Shown: piece after piece, positions 19,241 through 29,465 of the stretch | How positions within the stretch are numbered: the stretch's first letter is position 1 | Layout: the number at the start of each line of letters is the position of its first letter | Assembly (NCBI GenBank): GCA_023666705.1 | Contig: JAMPBO010000006.1 | Span: 32,461-96,460 of the forward strand | From: Bacteroides sp. | Lineage (GTDB): Bacteria; Bacillota; Clostridia; Lachnospirales; Lachnospiraceae | Direction of reading: 5' to 3' | Length of the DNA: 64,000 bases | Made by a program: the position numbers and the translations under genes | Notes under the pieces: model-generated | What the model was told of the DNA's origin: nothing | Seen by the model: the letters and a program-made list of their open reading frames with translations, nothing else | The model's database searches: none

Positions 19241-20659
19241 CTATTCTTCTAAATCAGATTTGATAAGCGTCCGGAGCTGCTTGTCCGAAATGTCTTCGAT
19301 TTCGACGACGCGTGATGCCTGTCTTGCTATGGCACGCTCGATATAGTTCCGTACTTCGCGGGCATTTGCAAAATTTTCGTCATGGGAGGCTGCCCGTGCC
19401 TCCAGGTATTCCTTGACATATTTTTTTCCGGCATCGTTAGGAATGTAATCCTGCTTGGAGCACATGGACATGAAAATATCAAAGAGCTGTCCGCCTGTGT
19501 AGTCCTCAAAAAATACATATTTATTAAAGCGTGATTTGAGCCCCGGATTTGACTCTACAAATTCTTCCATAAGCTTTGTGTAGCCTGCAACGATTACGAT
19601 AAGGTCGTCACGGTTATCCTCCATAAGCTTAAGCAGCGTATCGACAGCTTCTTGTCCAAAATCTTTGCCGTCCTTGCCTGCTGTTAAAGTATACGCCTCG
19701 TCTATGAAAAGGATACCGCCAAGTGCAGTTTCCACAACCGCCTTGGTTTTTGTGGCTGTCTGTCCGACATATCCCTCTACAAGACCTGAGCGGTCAACCT
19801 CAACAAGCTGTCCTGTCCTTGCGACACCCAGACATTTATATATTTTGGCAAGCAGTCTTGCTACTGTTGTTTTTCCTGTTCCCGGGTTTCCCGAAAATAC
19901 CATGTGAAGTGACATGGCGGGAAGCTTCATGCCCCGTTCTTCCCTGAGCTTTTTGACCTTGAGAAGGTTAATCAGGCTCTTTATTTCTTTTTTTACTTCA
20001 TCCAGACCCGTAAGCTGGTTGAGTTCTTCCAGCAAATCCTCCAGCTTAAGCTCCTCCTCAGGAAGTTCTTCCTTGTTAAGCTGTCCCTTTTTCATTGCCG
20101 CAAGGGTTGCGTTAGCTGCTGATGCTGTGTCCAGGCTTGTGTTTGATTTTGGTGCACTGCCTGCCTCATACAAATTGTGCTCCCGCAAAAATTTTTCGAT
20201 ATTGAGACAATAGTCCGTAAGCTTTTTCAGCTCGGTATCGGTCAAGTTGTTATCGCAGGCGATAAACTCCTGTCCCAGTTGGTTATACACGTTGAGAAGA
20301 AATCTGGATTTGGAATATCCCTTTGTCGTAAAAGCGGATTTTCCCGATAAATCAGCCTTTGCAAGGTATGTAAAGGAACGTGGAACTTTTGTGGGAAATG
20401 ACTTGGAGATTGTTCGTTCATATTTAAAGGCAATCAGTTTGTCCTTTGTCATATATTGGTTTAAGTATTCCTGCATAATGGTAAGCTCAGAGGATAAGGA
20501 ACCACTCTCGTCATCAATCAGATAAGCAAGAAATTGCATTAAATCAAATTTAATCATTTCCGTCATGCTTATGTCACCGGTTGGACCAAACCCTTGTTGC
20601 GATATAATTTCGCCATACATATAGCTGTCTTCTATGTCTTTTTTCAAAGCGCTGTTCAT
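19241..20659 (-). CDS. SpoVK/CbbX-type AAA+ ATPase with ~230-aa N-terminal domain of unknown function
   Basis: Walker A GNPGTGKTT, Walker B ILFIDEAY, sensor/arginine finger region in the C-terminal half. RBS GGAGGT precedes the Met at 20659. The N-terminal half has no recognisable motif. Confidence 0.75.
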   Translation of the reverse strand: MNSALKKDIEDSYMYGEIISQQGFGPTGDISMTEMIKFDLMQFLAYLIDDESGSLSSELTIMQEYLNQYMTKDKLIAFKYERTISKSFPTKVPRSFTYLAKADLSGKSAFTTKGYSKSRFLLNVYNQLGQEFIACDNNLTDTELKKLTDYCLNIEKFLREHNLYEAGSAPKSNTSLDTASAANATLAAMKKGQLNKEELPEEELKLEDLLEELNQLTGLDEVKKEIKSLINLLKVKKLREERGMKLPAMSLHMVFSGNPGTGKTTVARLLAKIYKCLGVARTGQLVEVDRSGLVEGYVGQTATKTKAVVETALGGILFIDEAYTLTAGKDGKDFGQEAVDTLLKLMEDNRDDLIVIVAGYTKLMEEFVESNPGLKSRFNKYVFFEDYTGGQLFDIFMSMCSKQDYIPNDAGKKYVKEYLEARAASHDENFANAREVRNYIERAIARQASRVVEIEDISDKQLRTLIKSDLEE

Positions 20660-20835
20660 GCTTTTTACCTCCTGCCATGGAAATCGCCTCATTGCTTAAA
20701 TTTGCGTTCAATAATAATTTATTATAACATTTACATGCAAAGGTCGTAAAGTATGAATTATGTTGAATAAAAACCTTGTTTGAGGTATACTTGACAAAAG
20801 TGTATTTTTAATTTTGCTTACAGAAGGAAAAGGAT

Positions 20836-21612
20836 ATGAGATTTCGACCATGTATAGACATTCATAACGGAGCAGTAAAGCAAATCGTAGGAGAAAGCTT
20901 AAGGGATAAGGCAGATACGGCAACGGAAAATTATGTATCTGAATTTAATGCAGACTTTTATGCAAAAATGTATCAGAGGGATAAGCTTGCAGGCGGGCAT
21001 ATCATTATTCTGAATCCTGCGGGCAGCAGCTTTTACGATGCGGATGTAGAACAGGCAAGGCTGGCACTTGCAGCATACCCGTGCGGTTTACAGATAGGCG
21101 GGGGAATCAATGCAGAAAATGCAAATAAATTTCTTGACATGGGAGCCACACATGTGATAGTAACATCCTATGTGTTTCAAAATGGAAAAATAAATTATGA
21201 CAATTTAAGAAGGCTTAAGGAGAAGGTCGGCAGGGAGCATCTTGTTTTGGATTTAAGCTGCCGCATGAGAGGCGAAAGCTATTATATTGTCACGGACCGA
21301 TGGCAGAATTATACGGACGTGGCAGTTACCCCGAAGCTTTTGGATGAGTTGTCGGAGTACTGTGATGAGTATTTGATCCATGCAGTTGACGTCGAGGGAA
21401 AGGCAACGGGTATTGAAATGAAGTTGGCTGCCATGCTGGGTGAATGGGGCAAAATACCTGTGACCTATGCAGGTGGAGTAGGTTCTTTTGAGGATTTAAG
21501 ACTTCTCAAGGAGCTTGGACAGGGAAGACTGGATGTGACAATCGGAAGTGCACTTGATTTATTTGGAGGAAGCATGCCCTACAAAGAGGTGCTGGACTAC
21601 ATAAAAAAATAA
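20836..21612 (+). CDS. hisA: ProFAR isomerase, eukaryotic HIS6-type HisA
   Basis: Runs of CIDIHNGAVKQIVG, QIGGGIN, HVIVTSYVF, VLDLSCR, YLIHAVDVEG and YAGGVGS...TIGSALDLFGG align with yeast His6. No other his genes are adjacent. Confidence 0.8.
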   Translation: MRFRPCIDIHNGAVKQIVGESLRDKADTATENYVSEFNADFYAKMYQRDKLAGGHIIILNPAGSSFYDADVEQARLALAAYPCGLQIGGGINAENANKFLDMGATHVIVTSYVFQNGKINYDNLRRLKEKVGREHLVLDLSCRMRGESYYIVTDRWQNYTDVAVTPKLLDELSEYCDEYLIHAVDVEGKATGIEMKLAAMLGEWGKIPVTYAGGVGSFEDLRLLKELGQGRLDVTIGSALDLFGGSMPYKEVLDYIKK

Positions 21613-21706
21613 AACGCTACGGTTTGGAGTATTCCGTTACCATAGATGATGAATCTTTTTTATTATTATGTCTATCTATAAAATAAAGTGAGAGGAGAAC
21701 AATATC

Positions 21707-23995
21707 ATGAGACGATTTAAAAAAATTGCCGCAGTTGCTGCCATGTTTGCTTTGGCACTTTCCACATTTGGTTGCGGAAAAAAGGAGGAGGAACCAACTT
21801 CCACAAACACGGAAACGGTGCAGACAGGCGGGGATGCAACGGATGCTGTTTTGGATGATGGTGACTGGCCTACCACGGAGATGGCGGTCATTGAGGAGGA
21901 GCGTTTTATTACCGTGGAAGGAGAGGATGTAATCGGAATTAACTTCGACGACAATGAGCTCCACGGATTTGTTACATATGAAAATGGCGGTAAATATAAA
22001 CTGAATGCAGAAAACGGAGAAATGGTTGCGGACATAGAAAAAACGGGCACTGTTGAGCATGGCTGTCAGCTTTATTTTGACGGATTCACCATGGCAAAGG
22101 GCTGTGAGTATACCCTTTCCTTTGATGTGTATTCGACGGTTGACCGTATCGTTGAGTGGAGAGTACAGATAAACGGCGGGGACTATCATGCATACGCAAG
22201 CGACAAGGTAAATCTGACTTCAGAAAAGCAGACGGTTACACAAACCTTTGTCATGGAAGAAAATTCGGACCCTGCACCACGTTTTGTTGTAAATATGGGT
22301 GCGTTTGAGGGCATGGGTGAGGTAGGAGCCCACCAGATACATTTTGACAATATTTCACTTATCGTGTCTGACAGTTCAAATGCAGAGGATATAAAGGGTG
22401 CACCGATTCCGGTACCTGTAAAGGTCAATCAGATTGGATATAGACCGGATGACGTAAAGACGGTAATCACAACCTCTGATGCAGATGAAAAATTTAAGAT
22501 AGTGGACGCAAAAACGGATGAAACCGTATATGTTGGAAAATATAATGAAGAGCTTGTATATGATGTATCGGTAAGCTCGGTTGTTAAGGTGGGCGATTTT
22601 ACGGAGGTAAAGACACCGGGAACCTACAAGGTATTATCCAGCCCATCGGGATATTCCTACGAGTTTAGCATAGGTGACGGATTGTATGACGATATTTACA
22701 GGGATGTCGTTCTTATGTTGTATAACCAGAGGTGTGGATGTAAGCTGGATGGCAGTATCTCAGGAGATTTTGCACATGAGGCATGTCATATGGAGGATGC
22801 AGTTGTCTATGACTCAACAGAAACCCGTTCCGTGACAGGCGGATGGCATGATGCAGGAGATTACGGACGCTATGTTGTTCCTGGGGCAAAGACTGTTCAG
22901 GATTTATTGCTTGCATACGAGGATTATAACTATACAGATGACAGCATAGGAATACCGGAAAGCGGAAACGGCGTTCCTGATTTGCTGGATGAGGCAAGAT
23001 ATGAGCTTGAGTGGATGCTCAAAATGCAGGATGAATCGTCAGGTGGTGTATACCATAAAGTAACAGCCCTTGTATTCCCTGAAACCGTTCTTGCCGTGGA
23101 GGAGACGGACCAGATGGTGCTTGCACCGATATCATATGCTGCAACAGCAGATTTTGCAGCCGTGATGGCAAAGGCATCCATTGTTTATCAGGATTTTGAT
23201 GCAGATTTTGCGGATGCGTGTCTGGATGCAGCGGTAACGGCTTACGGTTATATCGAGGCGAACCCGGATAAGAAAGTATTCAAAAACCCGGAGGATATTG
23301 TTACGGGAGAATATCCTGATGCACAGCTTGAGGATGAGTTTGTGTGGGCATCCGGTGAGCTTTATATCGCAACAGGTGATGATAAATATAAGACTGCGTT
23401 AAGCACGGCACTTGACGAAAATTTCATGAAGGGACTTGGATGGGCAAGCATCGGAACCTATGCAATCTATGATTTGGCAAAGGCAGAGGGCATTGACGAA
23501 AGCATAAAATCCAAGGCAAATGATATGGTAGTTGCAACAGCAGACAAGTTGGTTAAAACATGTGGGGACAGTGCTTTTTCCATAGGGCTTAACTCTTCAT
23601 TCCCATGGGGCAGTAACATGACGGTTGCAAATGATGGTATGCTGCTTTTGATGACGGCAAATCTTACAGGTGACGATCAATATCTTGAATATGCACAGAA
23701 GCATAGGGATTATATTTTCGGAACAAACGGAACGGCATACTGTTATGTTACAGGCTACGGGTCACTTTCACCACAGGGAACACACCACAGACCTTCGCAG
23801 GTATTAGGCAAGACCATGCCGGGTATGCTTGTAGGAGGACCAAATTCAAATCTGGAGGATCCATATGCGGTTGCCGTTTTGACAGGACTTCCTGCTGCAC
23901 TTGCGTATGTTGACAACGACCAGAGTTTTTCATGTAATGAAGTTACGATTTACTGGAATTCGCCGCTTATTTATCTTATGACGGGCTTAAAGTAA
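21707..23995 (+). CDS. Glycoside hydrolase family 9 endoglucanase lipoprotein (CelD-N/Ig-like + GH9 catalytic)
   Basis: Lipobox LSTFGC. GH9 signature GGWHDAGDYGRYV. Catalytic region ~residues 300-760. Confidence 0.85.
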   Translation: MRRFKKIAAVAAMFALALSTFGCGKKEEEPTSTNTETVQTGGDATDAVLDDGDWPTTEMAVIEEERFITVEGEDVIGINFDDNELHGFVTYENGGKYKLNAENGEMVADIEKTGTVEHGCQLYFDGFTMAKGCEYTLSFDVYSTVDRIVEWRVQINGGDYHAYASDKVNLTSEKQTVTQTFVMEENSDPAPRFVVNMGAFEGMGEVGAHQIHFDNISLIVSDSSNAEDIKGAPIPVPVKVNQIGYRPDDVKTVITTSDADEKFKIVDAKTDETVYVGKYNEELVYDVSVSSVVKVGDFTEVKTPGTYKVLSSPSGYSYEFSIGDGLYDDIYRDVVLMLYNQRCGCKLDGSISGDFAHEACHMEDAVVYDSTETRSVTGGWHDAGDYGRYVVPGAKTVQDLLLAYEDYNYTDDSIGIPESGNGVPDLLDEARYELEWMLKMQDESSGGVYHKVTALVFPETVLAVEETDQMVLAPISYAATADFAAVMAKASIVYQDFDADFADACLDAAVTAYGYIEANPDKKVFKNPEDIVTGEYPDAQLEDEFVWASGELYIATGDDKYKTALSTALDENFMKGLGWASIGTYAIYDLAKAEGIDESIKSKANDMVVATADKLVKTCGDSAFSIGLNSSFPWGSNMTVANDGMLLLMTANLTGDDQYLEYAQKHRDYIFGTNGTAYCYVTGYGSLSPQGTHHRPSQVLGKTMPGMLVGGPNSNLEDPYAVAVLTGLPAALAYVDNDQSFSCNEVTIYWNSPLIYLMTGLK

Positions 23996-24011
23996 CAGGC
24001 AGGAGAATATA

Positions 24012-26996
24012 ATGATTGATTTCATAATTAAGTGCTTCAAAAACGATAAGATACGGTATTTATTTGCTGGGGGATGCACGACATTTGTAAACTTAATAAC
24101 GTTCTTTTTACTGCGTACTCTGACAAATATAGAGAGAAATGTGTGCAATGTTATAGCCATTATGATGGCTATAACATTTGCCTATTTTGTAAACAAGTTT
24201 TTTGTTTTTCAGATTAAAAGTAAAAATATTGGGGCTGCTATCTCAGAGGCAGTCAGCTTTGTTGCACTGCGAATTGTATCAATGGCAGTTGAAATTATAG
24301 GCTTTGCGATACTGTGTGACAGCTTCCGTTTCAATGAACTGTTGTCAAAGCTTGCGGTGCAGGTAGTTGTTTTGGTTTTGAATTATTTGTTCAGTAAGCT
24401 GTTTGTATTCAAGAAGGAGCGGAAGTCTTTCAAGGAAAGATTTGCGGATGATTACTGCTATTTCATATCATTTGGAATCGTGTTGCTTGTGATGCTTGTT
24501 ATTATGATAGCGGAAAAAATAGTCCCGTTCGGACAGCACAGTCTGACGCTGGTAGACAGCCTCCACCAGTATATTCCATTTTTCTCCGAGTATAGGGACA
24601 AGCTTTTAAATGAGGGAAGCCTTTTTTATACATGGAATGTTGCCATGGGCTCTAATTTCCTGTCTCTTGGTGCTTACTATCTGTCCAGTCCATTCAACCT
24701 GGTTTTTCTGTTGTTTAAGCAGGAACATATTATAGCGGTTTTCTGTGTTATTTCCGTGTTGAAAATCGCACTTAGTGCGGTTACAATGACACATTTCCTA
24801 AGCTGGAAGGATGGAAAAAAATCAAGAAGCATACACATTATTGCAATAGCGGTTGCGTATGCATTAAGCAATTATGTTGTGGGCTATTACTGGAATATTA
24901 TGTGGATGGACTGCATTTTGATATTCCCGCTTGTTATTTTGGGATTTTCCAGACTGATGGAGGAGAAGGATCCGAAGCTTTACGCCTTGTCCTTGTTTTA
25001 TGCACTTTATTGTAATTACTATATTGGATTTATAATTTGTGTATTTCTGATTGTATGGTTTTTGGTTTATAACCATAAGACAGTTAAGAAATTTTTTGTG
25101 GATGGGCTTAAGTTTGCACTGTTCTCCATCGTATCGGCGGGAATGGCAGCATTTTTACTGCTTCCTGCATATAAGGGAATTATGATGACGGCATCTGCGG
25201 AAGCAAAGCTGCCAAAATGGGAATGGTATGGCAACCTGTTTGCCCAACTGAAGCAACAGCTTTTTATGACGCTTCCAATCACAAATCAGGTGTTTGACGG
25301 CGGCGTAAATCTGTATTGCAGCATGTTGGCAGTATTTGCGTTTTTCCTGTATATATTTGCACCGAAGATTAAGCTGTTTGATAAGATACGGTATATGGTT
25401 ATTGTGGCATTCCTGCTGGTAAGCTTTAATTCCACCACGCTTAATTTTGTTTGGCATGGGTTCCATGACCAATATGGCATACCGAACCGGTTTTCATTTT
25501 TGTATTGCTTTGTCATTCTTATCATGGCGTATGATGTGCTGAAAAAATCAAAATATATGAGGGCAATTCAGGTTGTCATTGCGGGGCTTTTGTCCATTGC
25601 GTTTGTCCTTGCATGTGAGAATTACGGAGGTATTTCCACAAAAATTCTGACTGCCTCGATGATTGCAATTGCCATTTATCTGGTAGTATGTCTGCTTCGG
25701 AGCTTTGGTGTATATAAGAGTAGGATGTTTCACATTCTTATTACGGGATTTTGTCTGATTGAGGTGTGTACAAGTGCCGTTCTTGGATTTTTGGACAATG
25801 GGTACTCTGAATACATGAATTATTACGAGACGACTGCGGCTGTAACAGCAGCAAACAAGAGGGTAAATGCACTTGGGGAGGAAGCACAGGCAGGCTTTTA
25901 CAGAAGTGAGCTTATGGACTCCACGGTGTTGGATGAAGCGACATGGCATAATATGCCGAGTATAGGAATCTTTTGTTCTACGGTGCTTGGTGAAATGACT
26001 ACCCTTATGGGAAAGCTGGGATTTTACACGGGTGCAAATGAATTTCTGTATATGGGTGCCACTCCGTTTACAAACTCCATTTTTAATGTGCGGTATTTGT
26101 TGGAGCGGGAGGGCGATTTAAACAATTTTGCATTTGACTTTGTGGAAGATGTGGATGGTGTAGGAATATATGAAAATCCATATCCGCTCTCCATTGGCTT
26201 TGCCGTGTCAGAGGATATAAAGACTTGGGACAGGGGTGCAGGACTTCCGCTTAACAATCAGAACGCTATGGCGGAGGCAATGACGAATATGGATGGAATG
26301 TTTTACAGTATCTATCCTGAGCTGACGGTAAGCAGTGATGACTGTGATGTTACCGTGTCGGGCAGTGTTATTAATTATGAGGCTTATGAGTCAGGAAAGG
26401 CAAGCATTATGGCTTCCTTTACCGCTGGGGTTGATGGTGATTATTACATTAACTGCAGGGGAAATTATGTTACGAAAATCCGCTTTTACGTTAATGGAAA
26501 TGAGATAGCGTATGACAGATACCAAATTCAGATATTCCATTTAGGGGAATTAAAGGAAGGCGATTATGTATCGGTGGAATATTGTTACGATAACATGAAG
26601 GCGGGAACGGAGGTTGCCTCCATGTACATTGCGTTATTCAATGAAAGTGCCTATCAGCAGATTTATAATGTTTTAGATGACAATTTGATGCAGGTTGATG
26701 TACTTGAGGATGGTTATGTAAAAGGTACAATTGATATGCCGGCAGGTAAGGTGTTGTTTACGTCAATTCCATATGATGAAGGCTGGACGTTGTTTGTGGA
26801 CGGAAAAAGGACAAAGTATTATGCCATAGGGGAAGCCCTTATCGGGTTTGATTTGTCTGAGGGTATCCATACAATTGAGCTTAAGTATGTTCCGCAGGGG
26901 CTTTACCTTGGAATCATAATTTCACTTGTGTCATGGATGCTGCTGTTAGGCTGTGTGCTTGCGGGTAACCACAAAAAGGAAGAAAAAAACGACTAA
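24012..26996 (+). CDS. GtrA-like flippase domain fused to YfhO-family membrane glycosyltransferase
   Basis: N-terminal 4-TM GtrA motif (RYLFAGGCTTFVNLITFFLL). Then a >12-TM YfhO-like body with a C-terminal extracytoplasmic domain and a final TM. Confidence 0.6.
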   Translation: MIDFIIKCFKNDKIRYLFAGGCTTFVNLITFFLLRTLTNIERNVCNVIAIMMAITFAYFVNKFFVFQIKSKNIGAAISEAVSFVALRIVSMAVEIIGFAILCDSFRFNELLSKLAVQVVVLVLNYLFSKLFVFKKERKSFKERFADDYCYFISFGIVLLVMLVIMIAEKIVPFGQHSLTLVDSLHQYIPFFSEYRDKLLNEGSLFYTWNVAMGSNFLSLGAYYLSSPFNLVFLLFKQEHIIAVFCVISVLKIALSAVTMTHFLSWKDGKKSRSIHIIAIAVAYALSNYVVGYYWNIMWMDCILIFPLVILGFSRLMEEKDPKLYALSLFYALYCNYYIGFIICVFLIVWFLVYNHKTVKKFFVDGLKFALFSIVSAGMAAFLLLPAYKGIMMTASAEAKLPKWEWYGNLFAQLKQQLFMTLPITNQVFDGGVNLYCSMLAVFAFFLYIFAPKIKLFDKIRYMVIVAFLLVSFNSTTLNFVWHGFHDQYGIPNRFSFLYCFVILIMAYDVLKKSKYMRAIQVVIAGLLSIAFVLACENYGGISTKILTASMIAIAIYLVVCLLRSFGVYKSRMFHILITGFCLIEVCTSAVLGFLDNGYSEYMNYYETTAAVTAANKRVNALGEEAQAGFYRSELMDSTVLDEATWHNMPSIGIFCSTVLGEMTTLMGKLGFYTGANEFLYMGATPFTNSIFNVRYLLEREGDLNNFAFDFVEDVDGVGIYENPYPLSIGFAVSEDIKTWDRGAGLPLNNQNAMAEAMTNMDGMFYSIYPELTVSSDDCDVTVSGSVINYEAYESGKASIMASFTAGVDGDYYINCRGNYVTKIRFYVNGNEIAYDRYQIQIFHLGELKEGDYVSVEYCYDNMKAGTEVASMYIALFNESAYQQIYNVLDDNLMQVDVLEDGYVKGTIDMPAGKVLFTSIPYDEGWTLFVDGKRTKYYAIGEALIGFDLSEGIHTIELKYVPQGLYLGIIISLVSWMLLLGCVLAGNHKKEEKND

Positions 26997-27135
26997 AAAT
27001 TCGCCTGATTGAGATTGACCATAACTTAAATATATAGTAGAATAATTAGTATATTTGATATATTTGTAAAGTGGCAATATGTCACTTTGCACAATGGGAA
27101 GCTATGAATAACTATAGAATAGGGGTGTTTCATTG

Positions 27136-28902
27136 ATGGAAAAATTAAAAAAGATGGGTTGGCAGAGACTGCTGATTATCGTTGCTATCGTTCAGGTTGC
27201 AGTAGGAATTATTTTGGGGGTTGTCTTTCATTCGGTACCGGCAGGTCTGATAACAGGTATTCTGTCAGCGGGAGCGTCAGGTGTTGCCATATTTGCACTT
27301 TGTGGGGATGAGATAGCAGGTCACTCCAAAAGTGATAAGTACAAAAAGCTGTTTATGAATCTCCCAATTGGATTTGCACAGGCAAAGATTATTACGGATT
27401 CTGTTGGAAACAATAGCGGATTTTGCATTGAGGATGCAAACGAGCGGTTTGGGAATTATTTCAACCTTGATGAGTCCGATTACACTGGAAAGATTTTAGG
27501 AGAAAGTAAAATAGATGTCCTCCGGGATATCAATGCGTGGTTTATGGCTTACAATACGTCAGGAACCAAGGAGGGCGACTTCATGGATGTTGAGATTACC
27601 ATGGAGAAGCTTGACCGTGTATTTAATACGGTTATGTACAAGTCAGAGGCAGACTACATAAATATGGTTGTTATTGATATTACCGAGCAGAAGGAAACGG
27701 AGAATAAGCTTTCCGCTGCGATTGAGGATGCCAATGCTGCATATAAGACGCAGGCTGAGTTCCTTGCAAACATGAGCCATGAAATCAGAACCCCTATTAA
27801 TGGTATTCTTGGTATGCTTCAGCTTACGCTTATGGCTGAGGATTTGCAGGCAGATTACAGGGATAACCTTTTAACGGCAAAGAATTGTGCAGATACACTC
27901 CTTCGGTTAATCAATGATATTTTGGATATCAGTAAGCTGGAGGCAGGTAAGTATAACCTTAAGGATGAGATATTCGATATCAAGAGTGCCATTGAAGAAA
28001 CAGTTGCGGCACAGGTTCCGATTGCTACCAATAAGGGACTTGCACTTGATTGTACCTTTGGTAACAACATTCCAAAGCTTGTCAAGGGTGATGGGCAGAG
28101 AATACAACAGATATTGAACTGTCTTTTGTCAAACGCACTCAAGTTTACACCTGAGGGTAATGTAAGAGTTAAGATTGCAGCCATAGATACAGGCTCAGAT
28201 GCAATCAATATCAGAATTGCAGTTGCCGATTCTGGTATCGGTATATCGGAAAAGAACATGGATAAGCTGTTTATCAGATTTTCACAGGTGGATGCTTCTG
28301 ATACAAGAAAATTCGGAGGCTCAGGTCTGGGACTTGTTATTTCCAAGCAGATAGCAGAGCTTATGGGCGGAAACATTACCGTACAGAGCAAGGAAGGCAT
28401 CGGTTCCACCTTTATTGCAGAGATACCGCTCAAGGTAGTGAAGGCGGCTGAGGTTGATGCTGAGAAGGATGAAGAAAAGAAAGAGGATGTTGCATTATTC
28501 TCCATCAATGCACACAGCAAGGCAAGAATTCTTGTGGCAGAGGATGAACCTGTCAACCAGCAGGTTATCGGAAAGCTTCTTGGTATGGCAGGATTTTCTT
28601 ATGATATTGCCGAAAATGGCGAGAAGGCAATTGAGCTCTTTAAGCAGAAGGAATATGACGCAGCCTTATTTGATGTTCAGATGCCTGTTATGGATGGTAT
28701 CACTGCCACACAGGAAATCCGTGAGATAGAGCAGAAGGAGCACAAACGCAGACTTCCGATTATAGCGGTAACGGCAAGAGCCATGTTTGGAGACAAGGAG
28801 CGTATTCTGGAAAATAAGCTGGATGATTATATTGCAAAGCCATACAATCTGAATACAGTTGTTGAGACGCTCAACAAATACATAGACAAGAAAGAAGAAT
28901 AA
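27136..28902 (+). CDS. Hybrid sensor histidine kinase / response regulator (orphan)
   Basis: Two N-terminal TM segments, H-box LANMSHEIRTPINGILGM, HATPase_c (GGSGLGLVISK), and a C-terminal REC domain (ILVAEDEPVNQQV...FDVQMPVMDG...K). Confidence 0.85.
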   Translation: MEKLKKMGWQRLLIIVAIVQVAVGIILGVVFHSVPAGLITGILSAGASGVAIFALCGDEIAGHSKSDKYKKLFMNLPIGFAQAKIITDSVGNNSGFCIEDANERFGNYFNLDESDYTGKILGESKIDVLRDINAWFMAYNTSGTKEGDFMDVEITMEKLDRVFNTVMYKSEADYINMVVIDITEQKETENKLSAAIEDANAAYKTQAEFLANMSHEIRTPINGILGMLQLTLMAEDLQADYRDNLLTAKNCADTLLRLINDILDISKLEAGKYNLKDEIFDIKSAIEETVAAQVPIATNKGLALDCTFGNNIPKLVKGDGQRIQQILNCLLSNALKFTPEGNVRVKIAAIDTGSDAINIRIAVADSGIGISEKNMDKLFIRFSQVDASDTRKFGGSGLGLVISKQIAELMGGNITVQSKEGIGSTFIAEIPLKVVKAAEVDAEKDEEKKEDVALFSINAHSKARILVAEDEPVNQQVIGKLLGMAGFSYDIAENGEKAIELFKQKEYDAALFDVQMPVMDGITATQEIREIEQKEHKRRLPIIAVTARAMFGDKERILENKLDDYIAKPYNLNTVVETLNKYIDKKEE

Positions 28903-28928
28903 AATACTATCAGCAACATAGAATATAT

Positions 28929-29062
28929 GAAGGGGCTGTCACAGTAAGGATTTGAGGCACACTTAAAATTACACTGACAAGCCCTTTTTTATTTTGTATT
29001 TTTATAATTACCGGCTATCTTTAACATATTGATATTTTGTTTTTTCTATTATGTGGGGCACG
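28929..29062 (+). repeat. Repeat family B copy 1 (terminator hairpin + ~75-bp tail); outer left arm of the large palindrome
   Basis: aggggctgtcacagtaaggatttgaggcacacttaaaattacactgacaagccc + T-run, then ttgtatttttataattaccggctatctttaacatattgatattttg... It is near-identical to 39758-39897. Confidence 0.75.
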
Positions 29063-29339
29063 GACTGTTGTCTGAGTGCACAGCCTTATGTTGCCAGTCA
29101 ATATGTGTATTTTGAATTGCAACTTTTAAGACCGCAAGAATACCTCCACATTTGAAATTTGCGATGTTTGATTACATGCTGCTTAGGCGAAACTCGCTTC
29201 GCTCAGACATCGCTACGCAGCATGTTTCATCGCAAATTATCAAATGTGGGTATTCTAAACGGTCTTGTTGTCAAATTCAAAATACACATACTGACTGGCA
29301 ACATGGCTGTGTACGAGTTCAAGGGAGTGCCCCACAAGC
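29063..29339. repeat. Inner ~280-bp imperfect palindrome (symmetry centre ~29200)
   Basis: Left half gttgccagtcaatatgtgtattttgaatt...catgctgcttaggcga. Right half tcgctacgcagcatg...aattcaaaatacacatactgactggcaac. The halves are ~85% reverse-complementary. Confidence 0.7.
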
Positions 29340-29465
29340 CATAATAGAAAAGCAAAATATCTTAATATGCTTAGATAGCACAGGTTATAAAAATACAAAA
29401 TAAAAGAGGGCTTGTCACAGGTAAACAACTATGTGCCTTAAATCCTTACTGTGACAGCCCCTTTT
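29340..29465 (-). repeat. Repeat family B copy 2 (inverted); outer right arm of the large palindrome, terminator for the minus-strand gene
   Basis: The reverse complement reads ggggctgtcacagtaaggatttaaggcaca...gacaagccctcttttattttgtatttttata... Confidence 0.75.

Noticed and set aside
29152-29403. Two ORFs (83 and 61 aa) inside the large palindrome.
   Set aside because: Each is the mirror image of the other because of the dyad symmetry. No RBS, no domain.
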